Shown: positions 1 through 12,750 of the stretch, one piece after another
Layout of the letters: every line of letters begins with the position of its first letter
Position numbering within the stretch: position 1 is the stretch's first letter
NCBI RefSeq assembly: GCF_000315625.1
Contig: NW_005434644.1
Coordinates: 54,775-118,774, forward strand
DNA from: Guillardia theta CCMP2712
Taxonomy: Eukaryota; Protista; Cryptophyta
Direction: 5' to 3'
DNA length: 64,000 bases
Program-made: the position numbers and the translations under genes
Notes under the pieces: model-generated
The model's database searches: none
What the model was told of the DNA's origin: nothing
What the model saw: the letters and a program-made list of their open reading frames with translations, nothing else

Positions 1-29
1 CCTCCTCCTCCCTCCTCCTCCCTCATCAG

Positions 30-1651
30 GTCAGGAAGTTCGAGCTCGACGTGCAGAAACTTCAGGGTCGAGTGAAGGAGCTAGAGGAGCAGCGAAGCTC
101 TTCCACAGACCTCGCGAGCGAAATGCAGAGCGAGGTGAAATAATCCCCTTCCTCTCCCTCCTCCTCTCCCTCCTCCTCCCTCTCCCTCCTCTCCCTCCTC
201 CTCGGTGTGCTTCCTGCTCTCTTCTCCTCCCATCGTCCCTTTGCATCGTTCCACTCCTCCTCTTCCTGTTTCTTCCTCCACCCAGCTCCCTTCCTCCTTC
301 TTTCTGCCTCCTGTTCTACTTCCTCCTCCTTCCTCCGGTCTCCCTCCTTTCCCTCCCCCTCTTCCTCTCCCTCCCCCTCCTCACTTGCTCCAGATCGCCA
401 AGAGGGATCTTGAGATCGAGTCGTTGAGCAAGCAGCTGGCGATGGAGAAGGAGCAGAGCTACTCGCTCCCTCCTCCTTCCGCATCCAAGAAGCGCTCCCA
501 CGAGGACCTCGACACTACTGGTGCGAACCACCATCACCACCACCACCACCTCCTCCTCCTCCTCCACCACCACCACCACCACCTCCTCCTCCTCTTCCCT
601 GTTACCTCCCTCTGTCTTCCTCTTCTCACACGTTCATAGACTGCCTGCTCTCTCAACTTCGCCTCCCGCGTTCGCAATGTTGAGCTGGGCCCNNNNNNNN
701 NNNNNNNNNNNNNNNNNNNNNNNNNNNNNNNNNNNNNNNNNNNNNNNNNNNNNNNNNNNNNNNNNNNNNNNNNNNNNNNNNNNNNNNNNNNNNNNNNNNN
801 NNNNNNNNNNNNNNNNNNNNNNNNNNNNNNNNNNNNNNNNNNNNNNNNNNNNNNNNNNNNNNNNNNNNNNNNNNNNNNNNNNNNNNNNNNNNNNNNNNNN
901 NNNNNNNNNNNNNNNNNNNNNNNNNNNNNNNNNNNNNNNNNNNNNNNNNNNNNNNNNNNNNNNNNNNNNNNNNNNNNNNNNNNNNNNNNNNNNNNNNNNN
1001 NNNNNNNNNNNNNNNNNNNNNNNNNNNNNNNNNNNNNNNNNNNNNNNNNNNNNNNNNNNNNNNNNNNNNNNNNNNNNNNNNNNNNNNNNNNNNNNNNNNN
1101 NNNNNNNNNNNNNNNNNNNNNNNNNNNNNNNNNNNNNNNNNNNNNNNNNNNNNNNNNNNNNNNNNNNNNNNNNNNNNNNNNNNNNNNNNNNNNNNNNNNN
1201 NNNNNNNNNNNNNNNNNNNNNNNNNNNNNNNNNNNNNNNNNNNNNNNNNNNNNNNNNNNNNNNNNNNNNNNNNNNNNNNNNNNNNNNNNNNNNNNNNNNN
1301 NNNNNNNAGGAGAGTTGAGGGACAGCAATCAGCAGGTGAGAGGGGGCGATGAAGCTAAGGGGGCGAGCGGGAGGAGGAGGACAAAGGGGGAGAGGGAGGA
1401 GGAGGAGGAGGACAAAGGGGGAGGGGGAGGGGGAGGACAAAGGGGGAGAGGGAGGAGGAGGACACAGGGGGGGGAGGAGGAGTTGTGGGAAGCGCTGACG
1501 AGGAGCAGGACGGGAGAACGAGCAGGAGAACACGCGGAGGCCCATGACGGCACCTGCTCGTGCTGGGGGCCTGCGCTTGGCGTCAGGAGCTGCGCGGGTG
1601 ACGAAGCAGACGAACATGCCGACGACAAGCAAGACCGCCAAGAGAGCGTGA
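30..1651 (+). CDS. Partial multi-exon kinesin-14-like / coiled-coil protein (3' part, spans an assembly gap)
   Basis: Coiled-coil exons at ~30-133 (VRKFELDVQKLQGRVKELEEQ) and ~394-519. Exon 640-692 reads TACSLNFASRVRNVELG, the ETxxSLxFAxRV end of a kinesin-14 motor. Last exon ~1510-1651 ends ...TSKTAKRA*. The motor core is not visible and exon phases do not join cleanly. Confidence 0.5.
693..1308. other. Assembly gap (N run); others at ~11673-12216, 29906-30005, 30912-31707, 34136-34235, 39956-40055, 61273-61372
   Basis: Runs of N in the sequence. Confidence 0.99.
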
Positions 1652-1652
1652 G

Positions 1653-1690
<38 letters not shown>

Positions 1691-1854
1691 TGTGCTCCTC
1701 CCTCCTCCTCATCCTGTCCTTTTCCCCTTGCTTTTGTTTCATTCGCTCGCTCATGCCCGCTCAGAGCAGGAGGATGGAAGTGAAAAACTTCATTGTCCAG
1801 CACAAGGAAACACACTCTACCATGAACTAGGAGGAGGAGGAGGAGGAGGAGGGA

Positions 1855-4800
1855 CTATATAGAGACGATCTGCTTGAGGGAGGACCTGAATGACATCCCT
1901 CGCTTGAAGCTTCTCGCTTTCTCCATCGAGCTCCTCGCTGACCCTGTGATATCCGTCTCCACCTCCTTCTCTTCCTCCAAGCTTTGCCCCTTAGGTGACT
2001 TGGTCTCCTTGGTGAAACTCGCTCTCTTCTTCTTCCTCCCCATCGCTGACGGCAGCGGCGTCATCATGGGGCTCGGAACCACTCTCGTTGCCCTCAGCAG
2101 GGACCGAGCTGGGTTCTCCTGCTCAGGTGTGCTGGGGTTGTCATCCTCCGTCCTCGTGTGCTCCCCGTCGTTGGTGTAGGAGTTGCAAGCTGAAGTCGAG
2201 CTGGACTGTTTCTCGCCTTCCTCCCTCAGCGACCCGCTCTGCCCGAAGTCTCCGAGGAAGCGCTGCCTCCCGAGCTCGAAGTTGCCGTTGCCGTTGCCGT
2301 CATGCTCAGCGTTCTTCCCCCACTTTCCCTCCACCGCCACGAGCTCGTTGCCTGTGAAACTCTCCAGCACCTCCCGTGACCTCGTTGAGATGGAGGGGGT
2401 CGGGGCGTGACGCATCGGAGGAGGAGGAAAGGCGGAAGCAGGAGGAGAGGCCAGAGCGGTAGGGGGGAGCGGAGCGAAGGATGCAGGAGGAAGAGCAAGC
2501 GATGCAGGAGCGAGGGAAGCGAAAGCGATAGGAGTAGGGGCGACGGTAGAAGGAGGAGGAGGAGGGAATGAAGGAGGAGGAGGAGGAGGGAATGAAGTAG
2601 GAGGAGGAGGGAATGAAGTAGGGGGGGGAGGAGGGACTGAAGTAGGAGGAGGAGGAGGAAAAGAGCCGCTTCTCCGTAGTGTCGTTTGCTCTGACGCTGA
2701 GCGGAGGAAGGCAAGGCTTTGCACGCTCATAATCGATTGCTTGCTCCTGCCCGATCCCCCGTGCACGTCAAGCGAAAGAGGACGAGCACGAGCAGCTGCG
2801 TCTCCGTTGCCGCGCTCGAGGGTGTGAAGGAGCTTGGCGAACCGTCGCTCCATGTCCTCTCGCAGCTTGTGAACCTCCTGCAGCACCCGATCCTCCTTGT
2901 CTCTCGCGCTCGGGGGACCGTCGGAGGTCCGCGAGTTCTTCTTGACTTCCCGCAGCAGCTCGTGGGTTGAGCACTCGAGGAGCTTGAGCATGAGCATGCT
3001 CGCGCGAAACTCGTTGGATTCGGTCTCCGCCATGGCGTTTGCGAGCTGACGATGCGTGAAGCGCATGAGCTCTCCTGGGGCTGAGGTGAGAAGGCGAGAA
3101 GAAGAGGAACGGAAAGAGAGAGGGATCGAGAGGAGGGTGAGGAGCATCACAACAGGTAGAGAAGAAGGATGCCGATCGCGATGATGGTGGTGTGAGGGAG
3201 GAGGACGAGAAGCAGATGAACAAGGTGATGGCGATGATTAACAAAGCAGAGAGAAGTGCGGAGAAGAAGGAGGAAGTCAACCTTTCATAACGTACTGAAA
3301 CTGATCAGCAGAAAACTCTCCTGCCTCATTGCAGTAACGGCCGTTTGCTGTTATGAGATCGAAATCATCCTGGTTTCCAAGTAAGAACCTTGAGTCTTCC
3401 TCCTCCTTTACTGCCTGTGCCTCCTTGCCTCCTATGCTTTCATTCCTCTTTCTTTCTCTCATCTCCGCATGCTTTCATTCCTCTTTCATTCTCCTATCTC
3501 CCTATGCTTTCATTCCTCTTTCATTCTCTCATCTCCTATGCTTTCATTCCTCTTTCATTCTCCTATCTCCTATGCTTTCATTCCTCTTTCATTCTCCTAT
3601 CTCCTATGCTTTCATTCCTCTTTCATTCTCCCATCTCCTATGCTTTCATTCCTCTTTCATTCTCTCATCTCCTATGCTTTCATTCCTCTTTCATTCTCCC
3701 ATCTCCTATGCTTTCATTCCTCTTTCATTCTCCTATCTCCCTATGCTTTCATTCCTCTTTCATTCTCTCATCTCCTATGCTTTCTCTCATCCAGTCTCCT
3801 CTCTCCTCCCCTCCTCCTGCGACCTTTGTGAGATGGATGGGCTTGGTTGTCGGAATCTTCTTCAGCCCCTTCTGAAACTCTTCGAAGTCAAGACCGCCCG
3901 ACGCGTTTTCGTCTAGTCGCCTGTAGGTATCCCTGCACATTTGATGTTATTCTTTATAAGCCTTGCAACATTACTCTGCTGCTGCCTTGCCCTTCATATG
4001 AAACTCTCACTTTCATACATCTCCCGTTCTTCCACAGGCATTCTCGTCTCATACATTCACATCTCACCAAATCTTTGCTGACAAGTCGTCATTGTCGTTG
4101 AAGTACGCGATAGTAGCAGTGAGAGGATCCAAGACTCCGTTCACCCTGCTAGCCTGCAGTTCTTGCTCCTTCTTCGCCGCCTTCCTCCGCGCACTCTCTT
4201 CCTTCTCTGCCGTCACCGAGGACACAAACTCGTCCAGCAGGACCGCTACGACGATGTTGATCAAGACAATCCCTGCACAGAAGTCCCCGTCACCGATCCC
4301 CTCATCCTCGCTTCATTCTGCATGCCTGCTATGATGACGTAGCTGACGAAAAAGAGCGCGACTGCTACATCCACCGTCCCGTCCTCCTTGAAGAGAGTCC
4401 GAGTGACGGCTGAAGCCCAGCTGTCACCTGTCACTACCTGGAACATCTGGCACGATGCGTCACCGAGGGAATGAGGAGGGGGAGGTGCAGCAGAGGGGGA
4501 GGGAGAAGGGGGAGAGAGGGAAGGGAGAAGGGAGGACGGGGAGGAGCAGGGCAGGGGGAAAGGGAGAAGGGAGGAGGAGTCGAGGATGCTGATCAGAATC
4601 TTAGGAGAACTTACGGTGAACAAAGAGTCGATGAACCTTCCAAAGAAGACCGGGCTTCGGTCATGAAACACGTGCGTGCCCAGGGTAGCCCAGATGCACG
4701 TGACAAGAAGGAGAAGCAAGAAGCTGTTGCCCACGGGAGTGAGAGACGCAGCAAGCGCCTTAATGATTCTGTTGAGAGATTTCACTCTATTGAACAGGCG

Positions 4801-5731
4801 AACAACCTAAAAAGAAGTCAGGACGGAAGCGAGAAGAGATGGTACTTCATACGCGAAAAATTCTGACGAGGCGGAGAAGTTTGAGCTGTGGAAGGGTCTC
4901 AACAGCCTTCGTGAATATTCCCACGAACACGACAAAGGTATCAAAAATATTCCATCTGTCTCTGAAGAAAGGAGCAAAACAGTCTGAGCTTCGTGCAAAC
5001 AGATTGACACAGAGCTCGACTGCAAACAAAAGAGTGAAGGCCCAGTCAGCATAGACGAACGCGTTAGCCCCAACTGTTCCATCAGCTGGAAGATATTGAG
5101 CTTCAAGGACATCCTGAAGCAAATCGTAAGTCTATCTCGCAGCGAGCAACTAGCCAGTCCACAGGTGTCATACCGCCAGGAAGCTTGAAGTGATGATAAA
5201 AGCGACAAGCAGCTGACTCTTGGTCCCCTCGTACGCCCTCAACGTGCGTGCGCGGAAGATTCGGAACTGGCTGTCCCCGTACATCTGAATGAACTCTCTC
5301 TCCACTTGCTGCTTCTTCGCTAGAGCAGAGAGCTCGTCCAACCTCTCGCACCAATCTCTTCCCTCGTCCAGCGACTTGGTCCGATGTATGTATTGCCTGC
5401 CGGAGTTGAAACCTCCCTCCTTGGTCATGATGCAGAATTCAAAGTAGCCGTGCTCATCTGCTTCGAAACCGTTATGAACAATCCCAACGATCTCATGCGT
5501 GGGAATAGAGTCGAGCACAACACTAGTGTCGATGCCGGGGGAAGGGACGTTAGAAAAGCACATGGCGTCTGCCGTGAGCACAACGCGGACTGGCTTCCAG
5601 ACTGTGACGGCGGAGACGATCTTTCTTTCGAGTACACCAGCAAGGACACACTCGTAATCTTCCGGCACCTTGTCTGGTGAAACTCCAGTGAAAACATGAT
5701 GTCCATGGGTTGCGTGCGTCATCCGGACCAT
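1855..5731 (-). CDS. PH domain + single-domain (6TM) voltage-gated cation channel + EF-hand + proline-rich tail
   Basis: N-terminal PH-like segment (LAGVLERK...WKPVRVVLT...YIHRTKSLDEGRDWCERL). S2/S3 FTLLFAVELCVNLF and DRWNIFDTFVV. S4 LKLLRLVRIFRV-VRLFNR. Pore FFGRFIDSLFT-MFQVVTGDSWAS. S6 IVLINIVVAVLLDEF. EF-hand YRRLDENASGGLDFEEFQKGL. Multi-exon; terminal exon lies in ORF 1855-3150. Confidence 0.88.
3430..3790. repeat. Intronic minisatellite, ~34-bp unit CTCCTATGCTTTCATTCCTCTTTCATTCTCCTAT, ~10 copies
   Basis: Tandem copies read directly; lies in the intron between the two EF-hand-like exons. Confidence 0.95.
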
Positions 5732-8387
5732 GGCGATTCGGTTTTGAGGAGCAGATTGCAAGGGGAAACAAGAAGATTCACCACAAGATCGAGATCAGAC
5801 AAATGCCTTGAGCTGAGAACAGAGCATGTCTATAATTCCGATCTGCAAGAGAATTTCAGAATGATGAAGAAGGATGTGAATGAGCTACTGTTTCTAAACG
5901 TTTTACATCCTTCTCCATCACATGATCCAGCCTCGCAGGCACATCTCTTATCATCCCGACTATTCAACTGTTATAGATGAAAGTTGCAGATACAAGAAAC
6001 GTAAGGAATTCAACTCTTTGCACCAGGTGAGCAACATGTTCAACATGTCTGCTGTTCTTTGCATGGAACGCTAATTAAGCGGTAGAAGGCATGTTGTCCC
6101 CTAGCAATCCTTCTTTCACGCATCTTTAGCACTATAATAAATCTTCAGCACTATTATACATCTTTAGCACTTAAAAAACATCCCGAAGCATTTCAGCAGC
6201 TCATCTTTTCGCAGCACACAGTAAATCGACCATCTAGTCCATATCTTGCGTAAACACTTCATCTACCAGACCCGCCTTCACACGAATGACCCAGACAGCC
6301 ATACGAGGCTTCGCCGTCAAACCTGTTCTCCGCCTCTATCTCATCCCTCCTCCTCCTCTCCTTCCTGCCCCCTCTCGTTCTCCGACCATTAGATAGCGAT
6401 CCGCATGGCTGACTACAAAGGAAAGCCAGCAGCAGGAAATTGTCTCAGGGAATGGGGGGTGGAGAGCACTTGGACCGGGTGGGGGGTCCGTGAGGTAAGA
6501 GTGATGGGGTAGGGTAGGGTAGGGTAGGGTAGCGGAGTGGCTATAAAGGTGGGTAGTGGTCTGCGAGTGTTGTGGGGAAGCGGATAATGGGATCGTTCGT
6601 TTGCTCAGCATGTTCAATTAAGTATTTAAAAATCCCTTTAAATAAATAAATATTCAGATAAAATTTGAAACTTGTCGCATAATTAACCAGCGATGTTCCA
6701 GGTCCCGAACCATCCGTGCAAAAGTTGATCCGAGCAACGAAATGTTCACCCTAGGGGGTAGGGTCCTCGGATAAAAAAATATTTGACACACCAATGACCC
6801 CCACCACCACCTTGCACCCTCGACCTTGCAATTGCCTTGCCCTACCCCATTGCAACGTACCCTAAGATTGACGTACCCACCCCCACTTTTACCAACGAGG
6901 AGCTCAGATCCCACCGGGTGTCTCTCCTCTGTGACCAATGCATTCCGATGGGGACCCCCCCCCCCATCAGTGAGTCCTGGCCCGTGAGGGTATCATACCA
7001 CCCGGTACCCACCCCTCGATGTTGCAGTCGGAAGTTTCCATTTCGAGTCAGAGGTACCCCACCCTCTGAAAGACTGAACTGAACCCACCTCCCTTCCCTC
7101 CCTGTGTACCAATGCAAAAATTCCACTAATCAGGACCCCCCCACCCTGCGACTCACCATTACACCCCCTCTTTCTAGGCTCTCCACCCCTTTCCCCAAGT
7201 GGTACTGAAATTGACCGACGGACCGTCAAGTAGGACCCTGCCTCCTCAAGTTCTATCCGCTGCCCCCATCAGCACCGGGTCAACCGGGTACCCTCACCCT
7301 TGCGATGGACCCGTACACCCATAGAGTTATTGAGGTTGACCCCGATACAGCAGCTAGAGGCGCTCATGCGGCTCTTTCAATATGAAACTACATATGCTTT
7401 TCTTGAGGTATACCCCCCTACCTAAAATACTTACACAAGGAGAGGGGTGGGTAAGTTGACAACGAGCTCCAGGGGTGGTTGAAGTATTCAAGTAGCTCTT
7501 TTTAAAACTTTTGAAGTAAAGGAGCTGAGCACTCGGCCAGCTTCAGGTGACCGTTATAACCGTCAACGGCGGCGTCATACGGTTCCCGTCCGTATCTAGC
7601 GGCCTCCCGGGACTCGGTCGGAAGCCGGGCTGCCTGTTGCCGCGGACGCAGCGGGGATCCCTTCCACTGCCGGCGACCAGTCGCGATGATCTTTCAAGCG
7701 GCCGTCCTAAGCGGTCACTGCCGCCGCCGTCACCGGTGCCACGGGGGGCCGGCCCTCACGATCCGATCGGCGATGGGCGATGACATCGCCGGGAAAACTT
7801 GAAAGTGAAAGCCTTCAAGGTGTTCAAGGTACGTCCGACCGTACGGTCTCAGTGGTCGGGCCTCAACTTGAAGTTTCCACTGTTTCTTCCAAAGTCTCGA
7901 AGTTTCAATTGTTTTTTCCCAAAGTCTCAAAGTTTCAATTTTTTTTTTTTCAAAGTCTCAAAGTTTCGCAACTCTTCGGGGCATGAGATGAACAAGGGGG
8001 ACGGGGAGGGGAAGATGAGGAGGAGAGGAGAGGAGAGGAGAGGAGAGGAGAGGAGAGGAGAGAGAAGAAGGGAGGGAGGGGAGGGGAGGGGAGAGAGAAG
8101 AGAAGAAGGGAGGGGAGGGGAGGGGAGGGGAGAGGAGGAGGAGATGAGGTCCGATAAGCTCATGATGGGACCGGATGAATATGATGAGGTGATGGGATAT
8201 CATAGAACATGACAAGAAAAACAGAGGGGAGAAGGTATTGCGCGGGAGGCAGGGGAGGGCAGCTGGTTGAGGATGCAGGGGAGAGAGGGAAATTGTGTAG
8301 CGCAACACAATGATGTTAGTTAGAGGATGAGATGGAGGTTGAAGGAGCCTGCAGACAGTGCTTGTTGCATGCCATGTAGTGATCCAG

Positions 8388-10524
8388 ATGCCGCAGGAGG
8401 GGTCGGCACAGACAGGAAGCGACCAAGTATGTTCTTCTAGCTGCTGTCGATCTAAATGGAAGTCGTCTCCAACGGCCCACCCAATGGTCCCTTGTCCGCA
8501 AAGCTCTCGACAACGGCCAGCAGCGCGCAGGTATGCCCTCGTCGTGCCTCTGTGTGTTAGAGACATGATGGTGATCGCGCAGGCGGGGGTTGGCATCGTA
8601 TTCCAGCCCACTGACGATGGGACGCTGTTCGTGAAGCGCTTTCTCGAGGGATCTCCTGCAGAAAGGTGCGAGGAGAGAGGGCAGGGCAGGGCAGGGCAGG
8701 GGAGAAGAGAGGAGAGCAGAGGAGAGGAGAGAGGGGAGGAGAGAAGAGGGGAGAAGAGAAGAGATGAGAGGGGAGAGAGGGGAGAGGAGAGGAGAGAGGG
8801 GAGGGGATGGGAGGGGGGCGAGGTTTGACCGAAAGGAGCAGGAGCGGTCTCATCCATCCGGGAGACTGCTTATGCGAGGTGAATGGCAAGGATGTTTTCA
8901 GACAGCCCATGGACTACGTCAAGTCGCTGCTGATGGGTGAGGACACGAGACAAGATCGCTCTCAGCTGTGACTGATCCTCCTCCAGGTCCTCCAGGCACG
9001 ACAGTCCGTCTCGGTTTCCACAGGCAAGCTTCCTCCTCCCTTGCCAGGCCCTTGAGACTGACGGGAGCAGGGGCACGGACCCGCGTTCTCCTCTCATTCA
9101 AGTCGCGCTGCATCGCATGTTGCCAGGTGGGAGCGGCGGGGGAGCAGGGGAGAGCTGAGAGCTGAGAGCTGGTGGTGCTGCAGGAGAAGAGCTAGTGGGC
9201 GTCGGCATCATCTTCCGCAGCGATGCGACTGGCTCCCTGTTTGTGCGGCAGCTTCAGGTCTTGTCCAGCCCTGGCCCTCTCGAGCTGACTTCCAGCTGAC
9301 CCCTGGTCCAGACCGGAGGCCCAGCTGAGCTTTCGCGGGAGGTTGACAAGGAGCGGCGAGCTTGTAAAAGTTGACTTTGACGCCTCAGATCGAAGTTGGC
9401 GACTGCATCGTAGAGGTCAACGGAGTCGATGTCTTCCGCAAACCCATCTCAACCTTCACCAAGCTGATCCTGGGTAGAAGTCACCCTGATACTCATACTC
9501 CTGCTCCTTCTCCCTCCCTGATGCTGATACTCCTGCTCCTCCTACCTCCCTGATGCTGATACTCCTGCTCCTCCTCCCTCCCTGATGCTGATACTCCTGC
9601 TCCTTCTCCCTCCCTGATGCTGATACTCCTGCTCCTCCTCCCTCCCTGATGCTGATACTCCTGCTCCTCCTCCCTCCCTGATGCTGATACTCCTGCTCCT
9701 TCTCCCTCCCTGATGCTGATACTCCTGCTCCTCCTCCCTCCCTGATGCTGATACTCCTGCTCCTCCTACCTCCCTGATGCTGATACTCCTGCTCCTCCTA
9801 CCTCCCTGATGCTGATACTCCTGCTCCTCCTACCTCCCTGATGCTGATACTCCTGCTCCTCCTACCTCCCTGATGCTGATACTCCTGCTCCTCCTACCTC
9901 CCTGATGCTGATACTCCTGCTCCTCCTCCCTCCCTGATGCTGATACTCCCTGCTCCTCCCTCTCTCCCTGATGCTCATACTCCTGCTCCTTCTCCCTCCC
10001 TGATGCTGATACTCCTGCTCCTCCTACCTGGCAGTGGCGGTGGTGGCAGTGTTCCTTCTCCTCCGGATCCTCTCCACCAGCATCCCCATACTAGTTTCCT
10101 TGTTCGTCACCTGCCCTCCTCCTCCCACTCTTGTCTTGACGTTGTTTGTTTGTTTTTCTACCCTCCTTCTCCCTCTCTTGTCTTGACGTTGTTTGTTTGT
10201 TTTTCTACCCTCCTTCTCCCTCTCTTGTCTTGACGTTGTTTGTTTGTTTTCTGCCCGCAGGAGCCCCAGGGACTATCGTGACGTTGGGGTTCAAGCGAGG
10301 AGACTCGCTGATGATCAAGAGAGTTTCTCTACGGAGAAGGTGAAGACTCACACCACCACCACCACCTCCTCCTCCTCCTCCTCCTCCTCCTCCTTTGTTC
10401 TTCTCTTCTTCTTCTCTTCTTCTCCTCTTCTTCTTCTCCTCCCCCTCTCATCTTCCTTCCTCCGCTGCCACCTTTCTCTCGTCCTCACAACTTCCTTGAT
10501 GCCCCCTCGTCCCTTGATCATATA

Positions 10525-10580
<56 letters not shown>

Positions 10581-10988
10581 CTCCTGCTCCTGCTGTCCTC
10601 CTCCTCACCTCCTGCTCTGACTGGGCCTAGTCTGCCCCAGGGCTCGCGTAAGAATGCAATGGATCAGGATGAGATAGCAGGTGACGTGGCAGCGAACAGG
10701 AGGAGCGTCCAGCTGACTTTCAGCAGTGGTCCAGGAGACGAACATCAAGCTGAGGCAGGCTGTGGAGGAGGTGAGAAGCTCTGTTTCCTGCCCCCTCATC
10801 TTCCCTTCCTCCCATCCTTTCCCGCTTCTCCGCCCGCTGTCGCCCCCCCTGCTCCTCCTCCTCGCCTCTCCCGATCGCCTCTCATTCTCTCATTTCTTCG
10901 CCTTGTCGTTGACGATCATTCAAGGCCAAGGCAGAGCACGTAAAGCTCAAAACATCTTGAAGGAGAAGCAGGTGAGATGCCCTGCCTA

Positions 10989-11077
<89 letters not shown>

Positions 11078-11224
11078 CCTGCTCCTCCCCTCTCTTCTCC
11101 TCCCCTCTCCCCTCTTGCTCTTGATCCTCCCACTGCACCTTGGACAGTCACCGTCCTCTTACTGCTGTACAGGAGGCCGTCCAACAGCTCCATCGCATGT
11201 ATGAGAGGGGAACGTCAGCCATGG
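8388..11224 (+). CDS. Tandem PDZ-domain protein with C-terminal coiled coil (3' end uncertain)
   Basis: Spliced PDZ1: AGVGIVFQPTDDGTLFVKRFLEGSPAER-SGLIHPGDCLCEVNGKDVFRQPMDYVKSLLM-GPPGTTVRLGFHR. PDZ2: VGVGIIFRSDATGSLFVRQLQ-TGGPAELSRE-IEVGDCIVEVNGVDVFRKPISTFTKLILG-APGTIVTLGFKRG. Confidence 0.85.
9483..10028. repeat. Intronic minisatellite, 32-bp unit CTCCCTGATGCTGATACTCCTGCTCCTCCTAC, ~17 copies
   Basis: Tandem copies visible inside a PDZ2 intron. Confidence 0.95.
10128..10250. repeat. 47-bp tandem repeat (~2.6 copies) in the same intron
   Basis: CTCTTGTCTTGACGTTGTTTGTTTGTTTTTCT recurs at 10128, 10175 and 10222. Confidence 0.9.
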
Positions 11225-12296
11225 GTGAGCGTGAAGAGGGGGAGGTGGGGGAGCAGGCAGAAGGAGGAGGCAGGAGGAGGAGGAGGAGGCAGGAGGGGGA
11301 GGGGGGGGGGGAGGGGGGTGGGGTTTCGTGCTCAAGTTCGTTATCTTGGTCTTTGCTGGTTCCTACTGTTTCCTAACTCTTCCGCCGCTCCTACACCCCC
11401 GGGGTCTTTATATTGCTCCACGACCAGTGCAGCGACTCCTAAGAGATGGGCACTTCATTCTATTCATGCTTATACCATTGACTTTTACAATCCTCGTGTG
11501 AATACCTTTTTCAATTGACCTTCTGATCCGTAGGTACTCGCACGACAAAGATACGCAAGTGCGTTTATTAGAATCTTGCTCATACCCCCACGCGTACGGA
11601 TCCCGTGCGACTCTGCTCCTCAGTGAGCAGGCTGATGGGACTGCTGACTCGCCATCATCACCGCCTCCCTCCNNNNNNNNNNNNNNNNNNNNNNNNNNNN
11701 NNNNNNNNNNNNNNNNNNNNNNNNNNNNNNNNNNNNNNNNNNNNNNNNNNNNNNNNNNNNNNNNNNNNNNNNNNNNNNNNNNNNNNNNNNNNNNNNNNNN
11801 NNNNNNNNNNNNNNNNNNNNNNNNNNNNNNNNNNNNNNNNNNNNNNNNNNNNNNNNNNNNNNNNNNNNNNNNNNNNNNNNNNNNNNNNNNNNNNNNNNNN
11901 NNNNNNNNNNNNNNNNNNNNNNNNNNNNNNNNNNNNNNNNNNNNNNNNNNNNNNNNNNNNNNNNNNNNNNNNNNNNNNNNNNNNNNNNNNNNNNNNNNNN
12001 NNNNNNNNNNNNNNNNNNNNNNNNNNNNNNNNNNNNNNNNNNNNNNNNNNNNNNNNNNNNNNNNNNNNNNNNNNNNNNNNNNNNNNNNNNNNNNNNNNNN
12101 NNNNNNNNNNNNNNNNNNNNNNNNNNNNNNNNNNNNNNNNNNNNNNNNNNNNNNNNNNNNNNNNNNNNNNNNNNNNNNNNNNNNNNNNNNNNNNNNNNNN
12201 NNNNNNNNNNNNNNNNCGACAACTAGAGCTGTACCGAGGATACAGAAGAGGAGGAGGAGGGAAGAGGGAAGAAGAGGAGGCAGGAGGTGAGGGAAC

Positions 12297-12688
12297 ATGG
12301 CAGGCGGCAGGATGAACGAGGAGGTTCAGCGTCTCAAGACCTTCGAGCACTGGCCGCACACTGAGGTAGCTGAGAACCCAGCTGACCTCCTGCTGAGCTC
12401 CTTTACGTTCTTCCTCACAGAGTTCTCATCCTGGCGTGACCCCAATAATCTTAGCGGCGGATGGGTAACTGCTGCTGCTGCTTGTCCTCCTCCTCCTCCT
12501 CCTCCTCCTCCTTGATCTCCTCCTCCTCCTCCTCCTCCTCCTCCTCCTCCTCCTCCTCCTCCTTGATCTTATTCTTCTTCTTGATCTCATTCCACTCGCT
12601 CTCATGGCTCATCCAGGTTTCACTTTTGTCCGACCCCCCAAGACCCCGACACAGTCGTCTGCTTCTTCTGCGACCTGCAGCTGGTCAC

Positions 12689-12750
<62 letters not shown>

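Noticed and set aside
521-1815. Long ORFs containing X runs (also at 11408-12359 and 30603-31875)
   Set aside because: Artefacts of N gaps having no stop codons.
3353-3916. Hydrophobic repeat ORFs on the + strand
   Set aside because: Translations of the 34-bp intronic minisatellite, antisense to the channel gene.
9483-10028. 32-bp repeat array as a CRISPR
   Set aside because: Head-to-tail with no unique spacers, inside a eukaryotic intron, and no cas genes.
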